A stretch of 32,000 nucleotides of DNA from Copranaerobaculum intestinale (lineage in GTDB: Bacteria > Bacillota_I > Bacilli_A > Erysipelotrichales > Erysipelotrichaceae): the NCBI RefSeq assembly GCF_009831105.1, contig NZ_WUUQ01000001.1:360001-392000 (forward strand). The letters run 5' to 3'. The notes beneath the pieces are model-generated. The model saw only the letters and a list, made by a program, of their open reading frames with translations. It was not told the DNA's origin and ran no database searches. How positions within the stretch are numbered: the first letter of the stretch is position 1; each line of letters starts with the position of its first letter. The translations under genes and the position numbers were made by a program. Positions 26,263 to 32,000 of the stretch are shown here, piece after piece.

Positions 26263-26434
26263 AGATTTCCCTCCAGTCGATTGAACGGTTATCATTATAT
26301 CACAAAATTCAAAAGAACGCTGGAAGAATAAAACGCAGAATCATGGGGAAATACGGCAATATTATGAGATTTATGAAATAGTAAAAAAATAAGATCGAAT
26401 TACATCCCAAGCATGTGAAAATATACCTTACGGA

Positions 26435-26463
26435 TTGTAAACAGAGGGTGAATATGGTAAAAT
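26435..26463 (+). promoter_or_regulatory. Promoter of darA
   Basis: TTGTAA (26435..26440), 17-nt spacer, extended -10 TGgTAAAAT (26455..26463). Confidence 0.7.
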
Positions 26464-26508
26464 GACAATAATCAAAATTGCTGTAAAGTAATGGAAGGAG
26501 ATGTTCTC

Positions 26509-26832
26509 ATGAAGTTGATTTTAGCGATTATGTCTAATGATGACAGTCCTGCAGTATCCAGTGCACTGACCAAAGAAAATTTCCAGGTTACCCGTCTTGC
26601 AACAACCGGAGGGTTCCTGCGTGCGGGCAATACTACATTAATTGTCGGAACTGATGATGATAAAGTGGATAAAGCGATTGAAGTTATCGGTGAATACAGC
26701 AGAAGACGTACGGAGGTTGTACCAAGCACCGCTTCTTATGATATCGGACGCTATGCATCTTTCCCTGTGGAAGTGCAAGTAGGCGGAGCGACGATCTTTG
26801 TAGTTGATGTAGAAAACTTCATCAAATTGTAA
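26509..26832 (+). CDS. darA: PII-like cyclic-di-AMP receptor protein (DarA/PstA, DUF970)
   Basis: MKLILAIMSNDD...FQVTRLATTGGFLRAGNTTLIVG matches the DarA/PstA core (TGGFL). About 107 aa. Start at 26509 behind GGAAGGAG. Confidence 0.88.
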   Translation: MKLILAIMSNDDSPAVSSALTKENFQVTRLATTGGFLRAGNTTLIVGTDDDKVDKAIEVIGEYSRRRTEVVPSTASYDIGRYASFPVEVQVGGATIFVVDVENFIKL

Positions 26833-26871
26833 ATGTAATGCTTTTGCATCAAAATGAAAATTGTATAAAGT

Positions 26872-26902
26872 GAAGACACTCTTATAATAGGGTGTCTTTT
26901 TC
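26872..26902 (+). terminator. Rho-independent terminator after darA
   Basis: GAAGACAC-tcttataatag-GGTGTCTT followed by a T-run. Confidence 0.7.
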
Positions 26903-26917
26903 ATTGATAAAATATTG

Positions 26918-26946
26918 TTGACAGATGCGTAACTAGTTGCTAATAT
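26918..26946 (+). promoter_or_regulatory. Strong sigma-A promoter of the MarR operon
   Basis: TTGACA (26918..26923), 17-nt spacer, extended -10 TGcTAATAT (26938..26946). Confidence 0.75.
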
Positions 26947-26966
26947 AATGGTAATAAGTTACGCAT
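26925..26966 (+). promoter_or_regulatory. Perfect 10-bp inverted repeat bracketing the -10 element (candidate MarR operator)
   Basis: ATGCGTAACT (26925..26934) and AGTTACGCAT (26957..26966). The arms flank the -10 hexamer and the predicted transcription start. Confidence 0.6.
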
Positions 26967-26977
26967 AGGAGGAAACC

Positions 26978-27460
26978 ATGGAAATAAAGGATTTGATCCA
27001 GCGCTTTTCAGATACAGATGAACATAAAATGAAAGCAATATTCAGTACATTGTTTATTGCCGGTAATCGGTTACAGACGTTATTTGATGAAGAAATACCG
27101 GAAATTACCTTGAAACAGTTTATGCTGCTGACGATGGTGAGGCAGTCAAATACGGAATTGACACTGACACACGCAGGCCGGCTGCTTGGCTGCTCGCGCC
27201 AAAATATTAAAAAACTGGCAAGCACGCTGGAGCGGAAGGGTTATGTGAAAATCGGTCAAAGTACTTCGGATTCCCGTGCTGCCAGTATTAAAGCTACCGA
27301 GCAATTGCATCGTTATTTTCAGGATACTTTTGCAGCATATGAAACTCAGCTTCATACGTTATTCAGCGTTTATGACGCAAAGGAACTGAACCAGTTTTTT
27401 TCACTCATAATGAAACTGTATGAGGGAATTGATCAAATGGAAACAAAAGATCCAAAATGA
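26978..27460 (+). CDS. MarR-family transcriptional regulator
   Basis: TLKQFMLLTMV...LTHAGRLLGCSRQNIKKLASTLERKGYVKI...DSRAASIKAT is a MarR winged HTH. AGGAGG RBS. Confidence 0.85.
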   Translation: MEIKDLIQRFSDTDEHKMKAIFSTLFIAGNRLQTLFDEEIPEITLKQFMLLTMVRQSNTELTLTHAGRLLGCSRQNIKKLASTLERKGYVKIGQSTSDSRAASIKATEQLHRYFQDTFAAYETQLHTLFSVYDAKELNQFFSLIMKLYEGIDQMETKDPK

Positions 27461-27849
27461 AACGATCTAAAACAATTGGAATCACGGCTTTATGCATGAT
27501 TCTTCTGCTTGGTGCCGGCGGATTATTTCTCATGCGATCAATCGTCAATAAAGCAATACATCTAAAAATTCATTCAGTAAATCTCTCAAATTTAACAAAC
27601 GGAGTCTATGAGGGAGCATACGATATTGATCCCGTACAAGTGGCATTAAAAGTGATAATAACCAATCACCGGATAACCGATATTCAAATTATAAAACATC
27701 AAAACGGACTTGGTCGTGATGCGGAAGCAATCGTGAAATCAATCATCGCACAGCAGACATTGAAGGTTGATACAGTATCCGGTGCTACCGTAAGCAGTCA
27801 ATGTATCTTAAAAGCAGTTGAAATATCACTGACAGAGGAGGAAAAATGA
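27457..27849 (+). CDS. Membrane-anchored FMN-binding (FMN_bind) domain protein
   Basis: N-terminal TM/signal anchor (ITALCMILLLGAGGLFLM). C-terminal VDTVSGATVSS flavinylation-type motif. ATGA overlap with the marR stop. Confidence 0.8.
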   Translation: MKRSKTIGITALCMILLLGAGGLFLMRSIVNKAIHLKIHSVNLSNLTNGVYEGAYDIDPVQVALKVIITNHRITDIQIIKHQNGLGRDAEAIVKSIIAQQTLKVDTVSGATVSSQCILKAVEISLTEEEK

Positions 27850-28385
27850 AACATGCAATCGTGCTTTATCAATCAAAATACGGCTCTGCAAAGAAATACG
27901 CAGAATGGATAAAAAACTCACTGTCCTGTGAGCTGGCAGCTATTAAGGATTATCGGGGAAATCTGAATAACTATGAGGTTATCATATTTGCCGGAGGAAT
28001 TTATGCCGGAGGAATTGACGGGATCAGACAACTGAAAAAGCTTTTGGGCGGATCATCGCAGGCAGCTGTTCTGATCTTTGCGACCGGCGCCAGTCCCTAC
28101 GATGAAAAAGCGATTGAGGAGCTTAGAAAACGCAATTTGAAAGATTTTCCAGTCTCCGCTGCGCTGTTTTATGGCCGCGGTATCTATGATGAGAGTGTGA
28201 TGAGCTTTAAAGACCGGACAATGTGTCGAATGCTGAGAAAATCGTTGATGAAAAAAGATCCGAAAACTTTTACGGAGCCTTGGATGTTGGGGTTGGTGGA
28301 ATCTCAAGGGGAGCACGCTGATTGGATGGATCAAAGCTTTATTGAACCGCTGCTTGCGTTTGTAGAAAATATTTTATCAGCATAA
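27846..28385 (+). CDS. Flavodoxin-like domain protein
   Basis: AIVLYQSKYGSAKKYAEWI is a flavodoxin N-terminal phosphate-binding loop pattern. 179 aa. ATGA overlap with the upstream stop. Confidence 0.75.
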   Translation: MKHAIVLYQSKYGSAKKYAEWIKNSLSCELAAIKDYRGNLNNYEVIIFAGGIYAGGIDGIRQLKKLLGGSSQAAVLIFATGASPYDEKAIEELRKRNLKDFPVSAALFYGRGIYDESVMSFKDRTMCRMLRKSLMKKDPKTFTEPWMLGLVESQGEHADWMDQSFIEPLLAFVENILSA

Positions 28386-28462
28386 AATATTAAGAACCGT
28401 GAAAAAGAGTAGCACAGCTTCATGATATCTTTTATAATGGGTTAGGAAAGAAGATGAGCTGC

Positions 28463-29455
28463 ATGAAGAAAATTGTATTTATTACCACCGGCGGAACGAT
28501 TGCATCAGCACAGAGCGAGGAGGGATTGGTACCGGCATTAACCAGTGATGATATTATGAAATACTTGGGTGAGCTGAATGAGGAAGTGGAAATCTGCTGT
28601 GAAGATTTATTACAGCTGGACAGCTCCAATATGCAGCCTGAGGAATGGGTGCTGATAGCCCGCAGAATTGCTGAATTGGTCCATGATGTAGACGGTATCG
28701 TGCTGACGCACGGAACTGATACGATGGCATATACCGCAAGTGCCCTTTCCTTTATGCTTCAAAATCTGCCGATTCCGGTTGTGATTACCGGTTCTCAGCT
28801 GCCGCTAGTGCATCCCCTCAGTGATGGATTGGATAATATCCGGGTAGCCTTTGCGGCTGTTCTCAGTGATCTTCAAGGAGTGTTTATCGCATTTAACCGT
28901 AAAGTTATGCTGGGCTGCCGAGCTGTTAAGGTACGGACCATGGGATTTGATGCATTTGAAAGTGTCAATGTGGAGCCCATCGGCATTGTAGATGCTAGAG
29001 GACTGCATTTAAATCAGATTATTCGCAGTAAGGGTGAATTTATTTTAAAGGATCAATTATGCGAAGATGTCATGCTGCTGAAATTGACTCCGGGGATGAA
29101 TCCGGAAATCTTTGATATGCTGCTTCAAATGAATTACAAAGGAATTGTGATTGAAGCCTTTGGTGCCGGAGGCATTAACTTCATCCGGCGCGATTTGATT
29201 GCTAAGCTGGAAAAAATGGCTGCGGCGGGAATTGCCGTTGTTGTATGTTCTCAATGCTTATATGAGCATAGTGACTTTTCAATTTATCAGACCGGCTTGA
29301 AGGTGCTTCAGCAGGGGGTCATCCAGGGATACGACATGACCAGTGAAGCATGCCTCACTAAATTGATGTGGTCATTGGGACAAAGTACCTTAAAAGAGGA
29401 TGTAAAAAACAGCTTTGCTACCAGTTTTGTTAACGAAATCACGCTTGAATCATAA
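28463..29455 (+). CDS. ansA: Type I (cytoplasmic) L-asparaginase
   Basis: ITTGGTIAS (Thr nucleophile) and HGTDTMAYTA motifs. The start could be 28454 (MSCM) or 28463 (MKKIVFI). I prefer the latter because it matches the family N-terminus. Confidence 0.9.
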   Translation: MKKIVFITTGGTIASAQSEEGLVPALTSDDIMKYLGELNEEVEICCEDLLQLDSSNMQPEEWVLIARRIAELVHDVDGIVLTHGTDTMAYTASALSFMLQNLPIPVVITGSQLPLVHPLSDGLDNIRVAFAAVLSDLQGVFIAFNRKVMLGCRAVKVRTMGFDAFESVNVEPIGIVDARGLHLNQIIRSKGEFILKDQLCEDVMLLKLTPGMNPEIFDMLLQMNYKGIVIEAFGAGGINFIRRDLIAKLEKMAAAGIAVVVCSQCLYEHSDFSIYQTGLKVLQQGVIQGYDMTSEACLTKLMWSLGQSTLKEDVKNSFATSFVNEITLES

Positions 29456-29474
29456 GCTCAACCAAATAAGACAG

Positions 29475-29510
29475 AAAAAATAGACCGATTTTAATAATCG
29501 ATCTATTTTT
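29475..29510. terminator. Bidirectional terminator between ansA (+) and the oxidoreductase gene (-)
   Basis: AAAAAATAGACCGATT-ttaat-AATCGATCTATTTTT (one mismatch in the stem). Confidence 0.7.
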
Positions 29511-29554
29511 CTTACCCGCAGATATTGCCTTCGGGCTTTTTAAAAATCCCTGTA

Positions 29555-30544
29555 TTAAATAGTACGTGAGTCAGCTTTAAAGACAATGCCGGCAGCTTTT
29601 CGGGCATGTTCAACAACATCCAGCACATCGCGTGAATACTTCAGCATTTCATAGCAGGTATCATAATCCTTTGCATTGATAATCTTAATAAAGTCACCCA
29701 GCTCATAATACAGTGCAATCGGGTTCTGTTCGACTGACAGAAGTGTTTCAGAGTCGTTTATATGCATTGACACATTGTCACATTTGCTGGATTCAGATTC
29801 AATATACAGATAACCATTTTCACCCTGAATCTGGACAGAATTTTTACTGCGGGAATCCTTACAGGCAACGCAGACCGATTTAAAGCTTCCGTAATCAAGA
29901 ATCAGTACGCCGGAAGTATCTATGCCGTTTTCCGCAATATTCGGGAAATACTGAGCGTGTTTCGGTTTTCCGAACAGCTTCATTGTAAAATGGATATTAT
30001 AGATGTTGAGATCACCGAGCGCTCCGCCGGAAAACTCCGGATTAAAAATATTCGGATTTTCGCCGGCCAGGAATTTGTCATAGCGGGAGGAATACTGTGA
30101 GAAGTTACACTGTACCATACGCAGCTTTCCCAGTTCTTCGATATGCTCCTGGATGGTTTTGAAGTTAGGCATATGTACCGTAACAATAGCCTCAAACAAA
30201 AACAACTTTCTTGCTTTCGCAACCTCAGTCAGATGATCTAATTCAGCAGTCGTAGAAGTAAACGGCTTTTCACAGATAACGTTTTTATCAGCTTCCAGGG
30301 CCTGCAGCGCATAATCATAATGCAGTGCGTTTGGTGAAGCAACATAGACAGTATCGATTTGTTCATCACACAGCATTTCATCGACATTCGTATATACTTT
30401 TCCCACATGGAATTTATCGGCCAGAGCCTTTCCCTTTGCTTCACTGCGGGAATGAATGGCAATACACTCCACTCCTTCGTTTTGTTCAACCGCGGTTAAA
30501 AACCATTCTGTTATAAAACTGGTACCGATTGTAGCTACTTTCAT
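29555..30544 (-). CDS. Gfo/Idh/MocA-family NAD(P)-dependent oxidoreductase
   Basis: N-terminal Rossmann start MKVATIGTSFI and the VICEKPF motif. AGGAGGG RBS. Confidence 0.88.
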   Translation of the reverse strand: MKVATIGTSFITEWFLTAVEQNEGVECIAIHSRSEAKGKALADKFHVGKVYTNVDEMLCDEQIDTVYVASPNALHYDYALQALEADKNVICEKPFTSTTAELDHLTEVAKARKLFLFEAIVTVHMPNFKTIQEHIEELGKLRMVQCNFSQYSSRYDKFLAGENPNIFNPEFSGGALGDLNIYNIHFTMKLFGKPKHAQYFPNIAENGIDTSGVLILDYGSFKSVCVACKDSRSKNSVQIQGENGYLYIESESSKCDNVSMHINDSETLLSVEQNPIALYYELGDFIKIINAKDYDTCYEMLKYSRDVLDVVEHARKAAGIVFKADSRTI

Positions 30545-30768
30545 GGATAATCCCTCCTGTTTTTATGTTATAAATATAGCATAACTGGTGCGTAATAAAC
30601 AGTCTTACGATAAAGGAGTTACGATTATATTTGTATGTATGTGTTATCGAACTCCGAACGGCCTCCTGCGATCATTAAATTTGCAGGTTATTATATTTAA
30701 TTTAAACATCGTAGCAAATGTTGTATTCAAATGGTTTGCTTGTTAATAAACATCTTTTTACCTGATAA

Positions 30769-30777
30769 TGGTATAAT
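30769..30777 (+). promoter_or_regulatory. Extended -10 promoter element of the HD-domain gene
   Basis: TGgTATAAT, about 22 nt upstream of ATG 30800. Confidence 0.55.
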
Positions 30778-30799
30778 GAAGCTGTGAGGTGATGCTGTT

Positions 30800-32000
30800 A
30801 TGTTTGATCCGACAAATGAAGTAAAGGTCATGCGTGATCCGATCCATGGCTATATCCATGTGGATCTACAGGTAGTGTGGGACTGTATCAATGCTCGGGA
30901 GTTTCAGCGGCTGCGCCGCATTCAGCAGTTGGGCGGAAGCTTTCAGGTGTATCATACTGCAGAGCATTCTCGTTTTTCTCATTCAATCGGTGTTTATGAA
31001 ATTATCCGGCGTATGGTAAATGAGATCGACGGCATTAAAAATATATTGAGTGATTACGAAAAAGCGACCGTTATGCTGGCGGGTCTGCTTCATGATGTAG
31101 GTCATGGGCCGTTTTCCCATGCATTTGAAGCGGTAAGCACCTGCAAGCATGAGGAATTTACCTGTCGCATTATTGAAGAGAATACCGAAATTCATCAGAT
31201 TTTGATACAAGCTGATCCATCGCTTCCTGAAGATATCGCAAAAATTATCCGTCACCGGCATCCCAATGAATTGTTGAATCAAATGGTTTCCGGCCAGCTC
31301 GATGCCGATCGCATGGACTATTTGCTGCGCGATGCTTATTTTACCGGAACCAGTTATGGCAATTTCGATTTGGAGCGTATTCTGCGGACGATCCGTGTTG
31401 TGGATAATAAAATGGTGGTTAAGGAAAGCGGCATTCATACTGTGGAAGACTATATCATGGCACGCTATCATATGTATTGGCAGGTATACTACCACCCGAC
31501 TGCCCGCAGCTATGAAAGCATTCTGGAGCTGTTGTTTCGGCGGATGAAAGACCTTTGGAAAAGCAATCGGAAGCTGCTGGATGAGGTAGTGATGTTCCAC
31601 GCCTTCCTGAAAGACACACCGGCCGATGTAGAAGAACATTATCGATTGGATGAGGCAGCTGCTTTCTATGGTTTTTCGCTATTGGAAAAAAGTCAGGATC
31701 CTATCTTGAAGGATTTATCAAGCCGACTGCTGAATCGCCATTTATTTGCCTATTGTACCCTTGAAAATGAAGCAGATGCGCAACGCATCAAGCAGCGTTT
31801 GACTGCTGACGGGTATGATATACGCTATTATTTCCTGTCGGATATCGCATCACAGCGCCCGTATCTTCCCTATCAGGGAGATGGCGGCCAAGCGATTTGG
31901 GTGCTGGCTCAAGATGGGCGAATTGTTGAACTGTCAGAAATATCCTTAATTGTAAAGGCACTTTGTGAGAGCAGACTTCAGGAAGATCACAAGGCCTTCT
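30800..32000 (+). CDS. HD-domain phosphohydrolase, dNTP triphosphohydrolase-like (SAMHD1/EF1143/YwfO-type), C-terminally truncated by the window edge
   Basis: Not in the ORF track because no stop is reached. My own translation from ATG 30800 (RBS GAGGTGA) is open to 32000. It reads MFDPTNEVKVMRDPIHGYIHV...HSRFSHSIGV...LLHDVGHGPFSH...DADRMDYLLRD. Confidence 0.88.
   Translation, partial: MFDPTNEVKVMRDPIHGYIHVDLQVVWDCINAREFQRLRRIQQLGGSFQVYHTAEHSRFSHSIGVYEIIRRMVNEIDGIKNILSDYEKATVMLAGLLHDVGHGPFSHAFEAVSTCKHEEFTCRIIEENTEIHQILIQADPSLPEDIAKIIRHRHPNELLNQMVSGQLDADRMDYLLRDAYFTGTSYGNFDLERILRTIRVVDNKMVVKESGIHTVEDYIMARYHMYWQVYYHPTARSYESILELLFRRMKDLWKSNRKLLDEVVMFHAFLKDTPADVEEHYRLDEAAAFYGFSLLEKSQDPILKDLSSRLLNRHLFAYCTLENEADAQRIKQRLTADGYDIRYYFLSDIASQRPYLPYQGDGGQAIWVLAQDGRIVELSEISLIVKALCESRLQEDHKAF

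Noticed and set aside
30983-31639. 218-aa ORF on the minus strand in the ORF track
   Set aside because: It lies entirely antisense to the HD-domain gene, which has strong family motifs (HD, DADRMDYLLRD) on the plus strand. Its own translation is low-complexity, with no recognisable motif or RBS. I treat it as a shadow ORF.
1-32000. Mobile elements, prophage, CRISPR arrays, classical defence systems, rRNA/tRNA genes
   Set aside because: No transposase, integrase, recombinase, Cas, restriction-modification or phage-like translation appears among the ORFs. I saw no regularly spaced repeats and no tRNA T-arm-like GGTTCGAATCC sequence in any intergenic region. The TTCGAA-containing strings at about 7670 and 30648 lack tRNA context.

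Overview
Chromosomal segment from a moderately AT-rich, low-GC Gram-positive bacterium. The taxon (Bacillota, perhaps Erysipelotrichia/Clostridia-like) is inferred from GGAGG ribosome sites, extended -10 promoters and gene content. I call 34 protein-coding genes, two of them truncated by the window edges. I found no rRNA, tRNA, CRISPR array, transposase, integrase or phage gene.

Most of the window is housekeeping or ordinary accessory metabolism:
- a GH73 cell-wall hydrolase
- pheA plus an aminotransferase (the phenylalanine branch)
- dtd-folD-DUF951
- ychF
- a sensor diguanylate cyclase
- oleate hydratase plus a patatin lipase
- the c-di-AMP receptor DarA
- a MarR/FMN-binding/flavodoxin operon
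- asparaginase, a Gfo/Idh/MocA oxidoreductase and an HD-domain dNTPase-like gene

Two loci are least explained by known biology:
1. An 8-gene mannose-family PTS operon (17204..22052) behind a PRD regulator. It encodes two complete, divergent EIIB/EIIA pairs in mirror order, a single EIIC/EIID, and then only an SgcQ/BtpA-family protein and a HAD phosphatase. There is no recognisable catabolic enzyme.
2. A self-contained, translationally coupled two-gene cassette (6657..8513). It pairs a degenerate PP2C-like protein with a DUF1848 protein that carries a C-terminal CX3CX2C radical-SAM-type motif.

I cannot show from sequence alone that either locus is truly undescribed. All family assignments rest on motif recognition by eye, not on searches.
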